44,281 bases of DNA from Planctomycetaceae bacterium (GTDB taxonomy: Bacteria; Planctomycetota; Planctomycetia; Pirellulales; UBA1268): the NCBI GenBank assembly GCA_005773625.1, contig SXHR01000131.1:1-44281 (forward strand), written 5' to 3'. The stretch's first letter is position 1. Each line of letters starts with the position of its first letter. Shown here one piece after another: positions 1 through 10,710 of the stretch. The translations under genes and the position numbers were made by a program. The notes below the pieces were generated by a model, which saw nothing but the letters and a program-made list of their open reading frames with translations, was not told the DNA's origin and made no database searches.

Positions 1-251
1 CCGGCTTCATTCCGGACATTCTCAACCTCGACGTGATCGACGAGGTGGTGAAGGTGGACGACGAAGACGCGATGGAGACCGCCCGGCTCATGGCGAAGCG
101 CGAAGGGCTGATGTGCGGCATCAGCTGCGGCGCCGCGGCCTGGGGCGCCCTTCAGGTTGCCCGGCGAGCCGAGAACACCGGCAAACTCGTCGTCGTGGTG
201 CTCCCCGACCTCGGCGAACGCTACCTCTCGACCCGGCTCTTCCCGGAGTGA
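1..251 (+). CDS. cysK: Cysteine synthase A (O-acetylserine sulfhydrylase), C-terminal fragment; the 5' end lies outside the window
   Basis: The frame-3 ORF is open from the window edge to TGA 249-251. The translation [55 protein letters not shown]...[17 protein letters not shown] is the typical C-terminal part of PLP-dependent CysK/CysM enzymes. The ORF-track start at 33 is an internal GTG. Confidence 0.9.
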   Translation, partial: GFIPDILNLDVIDEVVKVDDEDAMETARLMAKREGLMCGISCGAAAWGALQVARRAENTGKLVVVVLPDLGERYLSTRLFPE

Positions 252-414
252 GGCTGACGTCGCCCCGCCATCAAAGCGGGAGGCGTGGCCACCCGTCGCC
301 GGTCCGCGGGATCGGACGCGGCCCGGCCCCCCATGGACAGGCCGGCCGGGAAGGACTGGACGAGGACGATGCCGTCAGCAGACGGACGCCCGGGACGAAC
401 CGGGGGGGCCGCCG

Positions 415-1122
415 TCACTCCCCCTCGGGGCCGCCGCCGACCGCGAGCGTCACCCGGCGGGACATCGTCATCCGGGCGAACACCCCCAGCGCGCCCTGGG
501 GCAGGCCGAGAAACTCGAGGTGTTCGAACCAGGCGGGAATCTCGGCGGCGAGCTTGCCGACCTTCGGTCCGCGGAGGTCGAGCCGCCGGAGATTCTTCAG
601 TTCCTTCAGCTGCAGGAGCCCCTCGTCGGTGACCGTGCCCCGCGAGAGATCGAGGACGGCGAGATCCTTGAGCGATTCCGCGCGGAACCCCAGCAGAATG
701 GCGAACACGTCGTCGGCTCGGCCGTTGCCGAGGCGGACGGAGACGAGCTTGTCGGCGACGTGGCCAAAATCCTCGCCGAAGGATTTCCGGAGCCAGTCGG
801 CCTCCTCCATCTCGATGCTGCCCCCGCGCTCGATCGTCTCGGTCGCCACCTCCTGCTGTTGGGCGTAGGCCTCGATCTTCGACGCCAGCCACTCGAGTTT
901 GCTGGCCTTGAACTTCACGAAGTCATTCGCCTCGTCGAAGGCTTTCTGCAGGCGGATGAACTCCTGCGGATCGCCCCCCCTGTCGGGATGGGCCTTCAAC
1001 GCCTTGGCGAGATAGGCCTGCTTCACGTCCTCGAGGGTCAGCGGCGGCCGCAGCTCGAGAATCACGAGGCACTCCGGGTGGTTGGGATCCGGGAGGGGGG
1101 AGGACGGGGAGGATTGCGACAT
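415..1122 (-). CDS. J-domain (DnaJ-like) protein with a C-terminal leucine-rich-repeat region
   Basis: Start is ATG 1120-1122. The J domain carries the HPD motif (LEDVKQAYLAKALKAHPDRGGDPQEFIRLQKAFDEA). The C-terminal part has an LRR-like periodicity (LKDLAVLDLSRGTVTDEGLLQLKELKNLRRLDLRG). Competing frames are Arg/Gly/Pro-rich junk. Confidence 0.8.
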   Translation of the reverse strand: MSQSSPSSPLPDPNHPECLVILELRPPLTLEDVKQAYLAKALKAHPDRGGDPQEFIRLQKAFDEANDFVKFKASKLEWLASKIEAYAQQQEVATETIERGGSIEMEEADWLRKSFGEDFGHVADKLVSVRLGNGRADDVFAILLGFRAESLKDLAVLDLSRGTVTDEGLLQLKELKNLRRLDLRGPKVGKLAAEIPAWFEHLEFLGLPQGALGVFARMTMSRRVTLAVGGGPEGE

Positions 1123-1321
1123 GTGGGGGCTCTGGAGGCAGATGGTTTCGGGGCAGCGTAAGCGACGGTTTTGCCGCCGTCCAATCGGTGCGGGCGTGGC
1201 GGCGATCCGCTCACCTTGATTGAAATCGCCGAATCGCCTATCTCACGTGTTGTCGCGCGGGCGGCTGGAAGCCGCCGGAGCCACCGGCGTGGTTCGCGCC
1301 CGACAGCCAAGGAGGGCAGGC

Positions 1322-3307
1322 ATGCGGATGAATTCAACAGGCTGGGGTTACGCGCGTGAGATCGGGGCCGCTGTGGCGATCGTGGCGGTCGGCCTCGGCT
1401 GGCGACTGCTGACCGGCAGCCTCGAGGCCGACGCGACCCCGCCCCAGCCCGCCGCCGCGGCAGGGCAGCGGCCCGGCGAGAAGCCTGTCGCGATCGTCAA
1501 CGGAACGGAGATCACGAGCGACCGGCTCGGCGAGGAGTGTCTCGGTCGCCATGGCGCGGCGGTGCTCGAAACGCTCGTGAATCGTCGGATCATCGAACAG
1601 GCCTGCCGGCAGCAGGGAGTGGAGGTCACGCCGCAGAACGTGAGCGCGGAAATCGACGCCATGGCCCGGCGGTTCAGCGTGCCCCGCGACAAGTGGCTGG
1701 AGATGATCCAGCAGGAGCGGGGCATCATGCCGCAGCAATATGCCGAAGACATCGTCTGGCCCATGATCGCGCTGCGACAGTTGGCGCGGGGCGCCGGTGA
1801 GCCCACCGCGGAAGAGCTGCAGGAGGCCTTTGAAAGCCGGTTCGGCCCGGCGGTGAAGGCCCGGATCATCGTCTCCCGCACGCGGCAGGAGGCGGAGTCG
1901 CTGCGACAGCAGGCGCTCGCGGCCCCCGACGAGTTTGGGGGACTGGCCCGGCAGCACTCGGTCGATGTCGGCAGCGCCAGCGCGAATGGCTGGGTGCAGC
2001 CGATCCGGCTGCACTCCGGCGATCCGCAGTTCGACCGGGCGGCCTTCGCCCTCGAGCCGGGACGAATCTCCGAGGTGGTGCAGGTGGCCGACCAGTTCAT
2101 CGTCATCAAGTGCGAGGGGCACCTGCCCCCGGCCGGAGCGAAGTTCGAGGAGGTGCGCACGCATCTCGCCGAGGAGTTGCGGGAGCGCAAGAGCCGGCAG
2201 TCTTCGAGCGACGTGTTTCGCAAGTTGCAGGAAGTGACGAAGGTCGAGAACGTGCTCAACGATCCTGCGCGGGCGGCGGCCCACCCGGGCGTCGCCGCGA
2301 TCGTCAACGGCCAGCCCATTCCCATCGATCAGGTCCGGCAGGTGTGTCTCGATCGTCATGGCGTCGAGGTGGTGGAGGTGCTTGTCACGCGGACCCTCAT
2401 CGAGCAGGCGCTCAAGAAGCAGGAGCAGACGGTGTCGCGGGCCGATCTCGATGCCGAGATCGCCCGAGCCGCCGGCCAGATGGGCTTCACGAAGCCCGAT
2501 GGAGCCGCCGACACGGCGGCCTGGCTCGAACGAGTGACCCGCGAGGAGAAGATTCCGTTGCGGCATTACATGGAAGACGTCGTCTGGCCGAGCGTGGCCC
2601 TCAAGAAGCTCGTGGGGGGCGTGCCGGTCTCGCAGGATGACCTCGACAAGGCTTTTGCGGCGACGTTCGGCCCCCGAGCCAGGTGCCGCATCATCGTTCT
2701 CGACAACCAGCGCCGGGCCCAGGAGGTCTGGCAGCTGGCCCGGAAGAATGCCTCACCAGACGCCATCGGCAATCTGGCCGAGACCTATTCCGCCGATCCG
2801 ACGACGCGGGCCCTCCGCGGCGAGGTGCCGCCGATCCAGCGTTGGGGCGGCCAGCCGACGCTCGAACGCGAGGTCTTCGCGCTCAAGCCCGGTGAGCTAT
2901 CGGGCGTCGTGCAGATCGCCGACCGGTTCATGGTGATCTACTGCGAGGGATTCACCGATCCCGCGAAGGTCTCGTTCGAAGAGGCCAGGAGCGAACTTTA
3001 CGACGACATCTTCGAGAAGAAGCAGCGGATCGAGATGGCGCGGCACTTCGCCCACCTCCGTGAGTCGGCGTCGATCGACAACTTCATCGCTGGGACCAGC
3101 CAATCGCCCACTGCCACGCGCGGAAAGGGTGGCCCGGGTGGCGGCGGCATGCCCGGGACGACGCTCTCGAAGGCGGAAGCGGCCGATCTTGCGAAGCCCC
3201 GCGCGGGCAGCCGCCCGCTCCCGGCGAAGGCTGCTCTCCCCGGGCCGCAAGTCCCGAATCAGGGCGTTGTCCCCGCTTCGCTCAACGCGCCCCTTCCGGC
3301 ACGCTGA
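1322..3307 (+). CDS. Membrane-anchored or exported peptidyl-prolyl cis-trans isomerase, SurA/PrsA-like parvulin type, internally duplicated
   Basis: The ORF spans 1220-3307. The preferred start is ATG 1322, 5 nt after AAGGAGGG (1309-1316), followed by a hydrophobic anchor (IGAAVAIVAVGLGW). There are two tandem modules. Each has a SurA-N-like segment (AIVNGTEITSDRLGEECLGRHG / AIVNGQPIPIDQVRQVCLDRHG) and a parvulin-like segment (ARIIVSR...VADQFIVIKCEG / CRIIVLD...IADRFMVIYCEG). Confidence 0.85.
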   Translation: MRMNSTGWGYAREIGAAVAIVAVGLGWRLLTGSLEADATPPQPAAAAGQRPGEKPVAIVNGTEITSDRLGEECLGRHGAAVLETLVNRRIIEQACRQQGVEVTPQNVSAEIDAMARRFSVPRDKWLEMIQQERGIMPQQYAEDIVWPMIALRQLARGAGEPTAEELQEAFESRFGPAVKARIIVSRTRQEAESLRQQALAAPDEFGGLARQHSVDVGSASANGWVQPIRLHSGDPQFDRAAFALEPGRISEVVQVADQFIVIKCEGHLPPAGAKFEEVRTHLAEELRERKSRQSSSDVFRKLQEVTKVENVLNDPARAAAHPGVAAIVNGQPIPIDQVRQVCLDRHGVEVVEVLVTRTLIEQALKKQEQTVSRADLDAEIARAAGQMGFTKPDGAADTAAWLERVTREEKIPLRHYMEDVVWPSVALKKLVGGVPVSQDDLDKAFAATFGPRARCRIIVLDNQRRAQEVWQLARKNASPDAIGNLAETYSADPTTRALRGEVPPIQRWGGQPTLEREVFALKPGELSGVVQIADRFMVIYCEGFTDPAKVSFEEARSELYDDIFEKKQRIEMARHFAHLRESASIDNFIAGTSQSPTATRGKGGPGGGGMPGTTLSKAEAADLAKPRAGSRPLPAKAALPGPQVPNQGVVPASLNAPLPAR

Positions 3308-3363
3308 ACACGCTGCGGGATGCCGCAGATCGTGCCCGGATTCGAGCGAGGCCGTTGCGTCGT

Positions 3364-5343
3364 TTACGGAGCGGGCATCTCCCAGACCGATTCGAGCGTC
3401 ACGCCCGTGTCGTCGGTCCGCATGAGCGTGACGCCGACCCCGAACATCCCTTCCGCCTCCTCGTCCGAAGGCAGCAGTTTCTGGATGTCCCCGAGCAGCT
3501 TGCGATAGGGCACCGACACGTCTTCCGGCACCATGGCCTCAGCCATCTCGCGGAGCATCCCGAGTGTACCGCCCGACCGCGTGCTGTCGCTCACGCCGAA
3601 CATCCGCGCCGGCTTCAGGGGCAGCAGTTCGCCGGCCCGTCGCACCACGGAACTCTCGCCGAGGGAGGATTCGCCCGCCGGCGGATTACGGATCGCGGTG
3701 ATCGTCTTCTCGAGTGAATCATTCCCGATCGCGACCACGAGATGCCCCTGGCCGACGTAGGCGGCCGGACCGTCGGGGAGCCGCACGCCGCGAAAGCCCT
3801 GCTCCTCCCGGAGTTCACCGTCGCCGCCGGCCATGCCGGCAAGCCGTTGCAGGATCTTTTCGAACGGAGCCTCGTCGGCGATCCGCCAGACGATCGCCGC
3901 CCGTTCGATGAACTGCCTCGTCGATGCGGCACCGTTCTCTCCACCGGCCTTGCGGCCGTCGGTCGGGGCCTCGCCGAACTCGGGAGGATAGGTCACCATC
4001 CAGTGCCTGGTGCCCAGCGAGGTCAGCAGTGTCGGCAGATCGACCCCGAGCCAGCCCTGGGACTGCATCTCGACGGCGTTGAACATGTTGGCCGTTTCCG
4101 GCCCCCCCTGCCCGATCGCACACTCCTTGAACGTCTCGTAGGCCGCCCCGAGGTCGAGCGAAATCTGCGTGAGGTCGATCGCCTCGCGGGTGACGAATGA
4201 CGGCACCTCCGCCGGATCGCATTCCTGGTCGAGCACACGCATCAGGCTCGTGTGCGGGCCGGGCATCGAGAGAAACATGCCGCTGTGGTACCGGTCGCCC
4301 ACGAGCGACTGCCGCCACGCGAGCGGGCCGATGTTCTCCGCCCCGATGCTCACCAGCTGTTTCCGCAGCCGTTCGTCGCCCGCCGCCCGCAACAACACCC
4401 GGGGGTCGATGACGACGTCGACGAGCACGTCGCCACCCGGGAGCACGGCGGCCATGCCGGGCATCTGCATCATGCCGGCCAGCGCGGCATCCCCGTCCTC
4501 GCCGTGAACGGTCAGAAAGCGTTCAAAGACGCCCCGCGCATCCTCGGTGCCGCTGCTGGCGTCGATGTCCATGTCACCGCCGTCCTTCAGGATGCCGAGG
4601 GCTGTCGGGATGGTCTGGCCGACGAGCAGTCGGCCCCCCATCCGGGCCATGAAGGAATGGGTCTGACCCGCTTTTATCACGGGAGCGTTGCGGGCCTTCT
4701 CACGGATCGCCTCCAGCCGCTTCCGCGGATCTTTCTCGTCGATGCCGTCGAGTGGGAGGTCGGCGGTGTTGATCGCCAGAATCGGCTCGATCAACGAGAA
4801 GACCTCGTGGCCGGCCAGCTCGAGGTCGATCCTCTTCGGCGCGTCGGGCTCGTTGGCGGCGGTCCGCTCTTCGGTCCGCTTCTTCGCCGCCTCGACGAGC
4901 CGCACCGCCGTCTCCTCTCCCGGTTCCAACCAGACCAGCATCATCACCAGTGGCGACAGACCGCCGTCCCGGCCGCGGACGACGAAGCCCGCCCCCATGT
5001 CGCCCGCAAAAACGGTCTGGAGATCGGCCGGCGTGAGTCCGTATTTGCCGAGGCGGTCCTCGAGCGTCTCGCTCTCCTCGCCAACGCCACCGGTGCGGAG
5101 GGCGTCGAGGATGGCCGTCCAGACACCCTCGAGCCGCCGGTCACTCAAGGCCACGGCACCGAACTTCGTCCGGGTGCGCATCGCCTCGAGAAACGCCCGC
5201 GGATCGGGAAGCCGCATCATCACCGCCGTGTCATCGGGCAGACACTCCCAGCTGGGCCGCAAATCGGCCGCGATCCCGGGCAGCGAGGAGATGACGGCGA
5301 TCACGACGACCGCGGTGCGCGAGACACGGAACAGCTGCCGCAT
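3364..5343 (-). CDS. Exported protein of unknown function (659 aa)
   Basis: Start is ATG 5341-5343, with AAGGA about 6 nt upstream on the minus strand. The N-terminal signal peptide is MRQLFRVSRTAVVVIAVISSLPGIAA. Amino-acid composition is balanced, unlike the overlapping frames. I recognise no catalytic motif. Confidence 0.75.
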   Translation of the reverse strand: MRQLFRVSRTAVVVIAVISSLPGIAADLRPSWECLPDDTAVMMRLPDPRAFLEAMRTRTKFGAVALSDRRLEGVWTAILDALRTGGVGEESETLEDRLGKYGLTPADLQTVFAGDMGAGFVVRGRDGGLSPLVMMLVWLEPGEETAVRLVEAAKKRTEERTAANEPDAPKRIDLELAGHEVFSLIEPILAINTADLPLDGIDEKDPRKRLEAIREKARNAPVIKAGQTHSFMARMGGRLLVGQTIPTALGILKDGGDMDIDASSGTEDARGVFERFLTVHGEDGDAALAGMMQMPGMAAVLPGGDVLVDVVIDPRVLLRAAGDERLRKQLVSIGAENIGPLAWRQSLVGDRYHSGMFLSMPGPHTSLMRVLDQECDPAEVPSFVTREAIDLTQISLDLGAAYETFKECAIGQGGPETANMFNAVEMQSQGWLGVDLPTLLTSLGTRHWMVTYPPEFGEAPTDGRKAGGENGAASTRQFIERAAIVWRIADEAPFEKILQRLAGMAGGDGELREEQGFRGVRLPDGPAAYVGQGHLVVAIGNDSLEKTITAIRNPPAGESSLGESSVVRRAGELLPLKPARMFGVSDSTRSGGTLGMLREMAEAMVPEDVSVPYRKLLGDIQKLLPSDEEAEGMFGVGVTLMRTDDTGVTLESVWEMPAP

Positions 5344-5416
5344 GGAGAATCCTTTCAGCAGGAAGGGGAACCCCGGTCAAGAAGGCGGAGGCGGAGCAAG
5401 GAAGCGGGACGGCCTG

Positions 5417-6381
<965 letters not shown>

Positions 6382-6385
<4 letters not shown>

Positions 6386-8616
6386 TGTTTGGCCTCTTCC
6401 TTGCCGAGGTAGATCACGAGACGATCCTGGCTCACCATCGCGAGGTCGGATGTGCCGTCGCCATCGGCGTCGAAGCCGGCGATCCGCCGCGGCTCGGCCA
6501 CGAGGTCCTTCGACTCACCGCCGTCATACGGATACTTGCGGTCCTCGAACACCCTCCAGGTGACCGAGCGTTCGAGCGCGTCACCGCGACGGAGCATCGC
6601 CGTGAGCTGGTGCTTGCGGTCATCGCAGAGGGCGGCGTCGTCATTCCCATCGCCATCGAGATCGGTGACAAGGATGCGATGGATCGTCGATTCGCTCACG
6701 CCGCTGCGGCGACCGATCCGACCATCGATGCTCTCGACGAGTTTCAGCTGCCAAGGCTCGCCGCGGGAAAGCCTCACGACCCGCTCCTGATCGACGACCA
6801 TCACGCCGAGCACCGGATCCCACCGCAGGGAGCTGCCCGCGGGCGGCTTGACGCTCTCGACGACCCGCATCACTCCGGCGTCGTCCGCCCTCAGGCGGTG
6901 CAGGAAGCCGCCCCCCTGCTCCAGCGCCCATGCTTCCGCCGGGCCGGCGGCCTTGACGGGCAGGTACGAACCGATCTTCTGCCCCTCGGTGAGCATCACT
7001 TGATCGACCGGGTGCAGGTCGTCGCCGAGCCACTGCAGCACGCCATCGGTGAGCCGCGCCTTGCGGAGCGTTCCGTTCAGGTCGAGGACCATGTATTCGG
7101 AGGGATCCATCTTCGCGAGCAGGGCGGGCGTGGCGATCGTCGGCTTCCCATCCGCGAGCGTGACGAGCCGGCCTGCGGTGGCGTAGGCGTCCTGCACCAG
7201 GATCGTGTCCCCGCCCAGCCAGACGACCTGCTCCACCTTCGGCCCCAGGCCCTCGTAGCGGGTTTTGACCGGCTCGGCCTTGTCCGCCGGCCAGACGAAG
7301 AGATCGAGATCGGCTCCGACCCTCTGAGCCCACCAGACGGTCGATCCCACCGTGTCGAGCGCGAGAATCTTGCGGTCCTTGCCATCCTGCTGCCAGGGCT
7401 CCGGGTAGGTGAGCCGGCCGTTTTTCCAGCGGCAGCGATGCAGATCGGCGGCATCCTTCGCCCACAGGAGGAGCGTCCCCGGCTCGGCCGGCGCCGCCAA
7501 CGACTTCACGCCACTGATCGAAGGGAAGGTTTCCTCCTGGAGCCAGCCCGAGTCGCCCAGGCGGTGCACCCGCAGCCGCGGCTGTGCCGCATCGACCGCG
7601 ACGATCGCCGGGCTGCGGCCAGTCTCGTCGCCCACGAGCATCCCGCACCAGCCGTGCCGGGCGGCGGACGCCATCGGCAGGGCGTCCTGGCGGCCGACGT
7701 CGGTGGCCTCCGCCCGGGCCAGTTGATACCGGCGAAGGACGCCCTTGTCGGAGCCTCCCAGGAGGTAGACGTCGGCAGAGCCCGAGACGGCCGCCGCCGT
7801 CTGCATGCCCTCGACCGGCTGATCGTGGATGGTCTGCGCCGGCAGCAGATTGCCATCGGCTCCGCAGGGGTGCCATCGGACGACCTGGCGGGCCACGTTC
7901 GACCATTCCACGAGATCGTCGTCGCCATCGCCATCGAGGTCTGCAAGGTGCCAGTCGAGTCGGCCCCGGCTCTCCCGCGGGGCGAGCCAGACAGCCCGAC
8001 TGCCGCGGACGAGCGGCAGCTGCTGGATGCCCTGCTCGCAACTCACGAGCAGTTCATGGCGGCCATCGGGCAGATCGCGAACGAGCAGGCAGCCGTTGCG
8101 ACCCGTCGGCGTGCCCGCGAGGAGGTTCCATTCGCCGGTCTTCTTCCAAGCGTCCTTCGCATCGACGGCCTTGTCGGGGGCCTGGGCATAGATGGAGATC
8201 CGGTTGGAGGGATTGGTGAGCACCAGCAACTCGGGTCGCCCGTCGCCGTCGAGATCGTGAGGCGCGGCATCGACGGGCATTTCGTCGATCGACACCTCGC
8301 CGTGCGCCCAATCCGGCGCCAGGGGGAGTTCGTTGGGCCGCTCGGGATCGGAGTTGTCGGCGCGGGTGCGATCGGCCGCCGTGAGCCAGCGATAGAGATC
8401 GATTCGCGCCTGTCGGGGATTCACGATGATCACATCGTCGCGACCGTCGTTGCCGAGGTCGGCGACGATCAGCCGTTCGGCGCGACCGTCGAGCGGAATC
8501 ACCCGCAGGCCCACCCAGCCGTCGAACGGCCCCGGTGCGGCCGCCAGCGGCAGGGAGACGAGCGCGGCGAGAAGCGACAATCCCGCAATGGCGGGCCGAC
8601 AGAGGGGAATTTCCAT
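6382..8616 (-). CDS. Exported FG-GAP/VCBS-repeat (integrin-alpha-like beta-propeller) protein
   Basis: The ORF spans 6382-8769. The preferred start is ATG 8614-8616, which gives the signal peptide MEIPLCRPAIAGLSLLAALVSLPLAAA and avoids overlap with the sigma gene. There are at least five DxDxDG calcium-loop repeats (DLGNDGRDDV, DLDGDGRPEL, DLDGDGDDDL, DLDGDGNDDA, DADGDGTSDL). Confidence 0.85.
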
Positions 8617-8671
8617 TCCGTCGAGAATACACTCCCCGCCCGCCCTCCGCCACGAAGCGTGGCCGCCGGGC

Positions 8672-10183
8672 TTACCCCAGTTCCGGCAGCATCGCCTCGG
8701 CCGCGGCGGCCTCGCGGAGCTTTTCCAGCGCCTTGGCCTCGATCTGCCGGACGCGCTCCTTGGTGACACCGAGAGCCGAGCCGACCTCCTTCAGGGTCTG
8801 GGGCTCGTGCACGTGGTCGAGCCCGTAGCGGCGGACGATGATCGTTTGCTCCCGCGAGTCGAGCCGGTCGAGAAACTTACCGACCTGCGCGAGCCGGTCG
8901 GTGGCCGCCATGCGCTGCTGGTATTCGTCCTCACGGCGATCGGCGGCCGTCTGCAGCAGTTCCATGTCGGCCGCGCGGAAGCGGTCGCGACGCTTGTGTT
9001 CGTCGGGGATCGTGCGGGCGTAGTTCTTCATGATCGCCCACGAGGCGTAGGTGCTGAACTTGTTGCCGCGGGCATAGTCGAACTTTTCCACGGCACGAAT
9101 CAGCGACATGTTGCCGTCGCTCACGAGGTCGAAGAAGCTGTCTCCCGCGGAAACCCGCCGCTTGGCGATCGAGACGACCAGTCGGAGGTTGGCGCGGACG
9201 ATGCGATTCTTGAGCGAGACGATCTCGTCGTAGATCCGCTCGATCTGATCCATCAGGCGGGCGCTGGGATGCTCGACGTCGAGCTGTTTGCGTAGCGTCG
9301 CAGCCTTGTGCTTCAGGTAGTTGAACTTCCGGAACAGCCAGACCTCCTGCTCGCGGGTGAGCAGCGGCACCTCGTAGAGACTCGCCAGGTAGGCGGGCAG
9401 GCCGCTGGGACGACGCACCTTCTTGGTCGGGGTGCCCGGGTAGGGCTGGTCGACCACCTTCTCCGCGCTCTTCCGGGAAAAGAGCGCGTTGGGAATCAGA
9501 TCGAGGGGCAGTTGCATCACGTGCTCCGCCCGCTGGGCGAGGATCACGCGGTAGATGCTCGCCTTGGAGCGGTGATAACGCCGGGCGATCGATTCCACCG
9601 CCTCGCCCGCGAGGTGGTGCTGGTAGATCCGGGTCCGGCTCTCGGGCCGCAGGTGGCCGTCAGCGGCCGGAAAGACCGCCGTGTCGGGGTGTTCCTGGTC
9701 GAATCGCTTCACGGTGTAGCGAATCGTCTCGATGCTGCGACCGAGCCGTGCGGCGATCCGGCGATGAACGTCGGCCGGGCAGGCGCCCGCCACGGCCAGC
9801 CGCCGGGCCCAGGAGATGATCTTTTCATGCTCCTCGTCGGAGAGCTGGCTGAAACGACTGCCCCGCTCGATGCGCAGCGGATTGTCGTGAATGAAGCGTT
9901 CGACGGCGCTGGCGAGGAAGCCAACGCGACGGCGGCCGTCGATGGAATAGCGCTGGGCGACCAGGCCGTGATCCCGCCACCGGGAGATCGTCTTGGTCGA
10001 GACGTTGAACTGGCGGGCGAGGTCCTCGATCGAGAGCACCTCTTCGCCGGCTGGAACAACGGCGTCCACGATTCCGGCAGGAGGCAGCGAAAGACCCCGC
10101 TGTGCCTTTTCGTGCGCCTCTTCGGCGGGACCGCCGTCGCCGCCGAACAAATGAATGAAATCAGCCGCAGTATTGGAACGCAT
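8672..10183 (-). CDS. Sigma-70-family RNA polymerase sigma factor with an N-terminal extension of about 230 aa rich in HTH-like segments
   Basis: The ORF spans 8672-10276. The preferred start is ATG 10181-10183, directly preceded by GGAGGAAG. Region 2 reads DLVSDGNMSLIRAVEKFDYARGNKFSTYASWAIMKNYARTI. Region 4 reads LDSREQTIIVRRYGL...TLKEVGSALGVTKERVRQIEAKALEKLR. The N-terminus has a MerR/excisionase-like HTH (LSIEDLARQFNVSTKTISRWRDHGLV) and two further HTH-like segments. Confidence 0.9.
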   Translation of the reverse strand: MRSNTAADFIHLFGGDGGPAEEAHEKAQRGLSLPPAGIVDAVVPAGEEVLSIEDLARQFNVSTKTISRWRDHGLVAQRYSIDGRRRVGFLASAVERFIHDNPLRIERGSRFSQLSDEEHEKIISWARRLAVAGACPADVHRRIAARLGRSIETIRYTVKRFDQEHPDTAVFPAADGHLRPESRTRIYQHHLAGEAVESIARRYHRSKASIYRVILAQRAEHVMQLPLDLIPNALFSRKSAEKVVDQPYPGTPTKKVRRPSGLPAYLASLYEVPLLTREQEVWLFRKFNYLKHKAATLRKQLDVEHPSARLMDQIERIYDEIVSLKNRIVRANLRLVVSIAKRRVSAGDSFFDLVSDGNMSLIRAVEKFDYARGNKFSTYASWAIMKNYARTIPDEHKRRDRFRAADMELLQTAADRREDEYQQRMAATDRLAQVGKFLDRLDSREQTIIVRRYGLDHVHEPQTLKEVGSALGVTKERVRQIEAKALEKLREAAAAEAMLPELG

Positions 10184-10393
10184 GATCTTCCTCCGGCCGG
10201 CCGCCTTGCCAGCAGTTTCCAGGGGTTGCGAGCGCGGGTGAACCAGCATCACCCGCCTGCGGCCCTTGGGATCCAACTCGTGATCGAGCCTCTACCGTCC
10301 CACGCGTTTGGGGCCATCCTTAGCCCCGGTCATGTCTCTCGCGGACGTGGGAGTTATACGGCGGGGCCCGGCCGGAGGTTCGCGGACAACTGG

Positions 10394-10407
10394 TTTTCTT
10401 GAGAAAA
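10394..10407. promoter_or_regulatory. AT-rich palindrome TTTTCT-TG-AGAAAA in the sigma-factor divergent intergenic region
   Basis: The two 6-nt arms are perfect. The site is conspicuous in otherwise GC-rich DNA. Two more AGAAAA copies lie at 10522-10527 and 10532-10537. Confidence 0.3.
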
Positions 10408-10710
10408 AATCAATTGCTCGGTGCAGACGGCACTCCCGCGGGTGATCGCAAAGCCAATCCTGTCAAGGACTTGCGGCTTTCGGCAGGCCGCCGGCCATTC
10501 TCGTTTGCAAACCTGCCGATCAGAAAAGCCGAGAAAAATAGAGGCTCTGTGCCGCCGGACAGTTGGTAGATCGGCTCCTTCTTCGGTGCTCCGGAGGAAT
10601 GGGCAGGGTAGGGGCGAAGCCTCGTCGGCACCGAAATGAGTCGGGGAACTGCCCCCGTCCACGCCGAAAACCATTCAGGCAGGGGGGGGCCCGACAGCGG
10701 AGGGACATCA

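Noticed and set aside
113-1161. Overlapping ORFs of 115-334 aa on both strands around the cysK end and the J-domain gene.
   Set aside because: They are all Arg/Pro/Gly-rich, and they overlap each other and the J-domain ORF, which has the HPD motif.
3313-3328. Small GC hairpins in convergent gaps as terminators. Examples are CTGCGG-GATG-CCGCAG at 3313-3328, CCGCCG-N11-CGGCGG near 22994-23016, and short stems at 40270-40320.
   Set aside because: The stems are only 5-6 bp and lack U tracts. Such hairpins arise by chance in GC-rich DNA, so this is not enough to call terminators.
8617-8769. The longer N-terminal extensions offered by the ORF track. Affected regions are 8617-8769, 10184-10276, 19341-19424, 20372-20584, 24725-24889, 28036-28281, 38709-38825, 42437-42616 and 43806-43874.
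   Set aside because: The extensions are Arg/Pro-rich, overlap upstream genes or lack homology. For example, Ftr would gain about 70 extra residues and RecB about 82. The internal starts have an SD sequence or an ATGA coupling, and they yield proper signal peptides or canonical N-termini.
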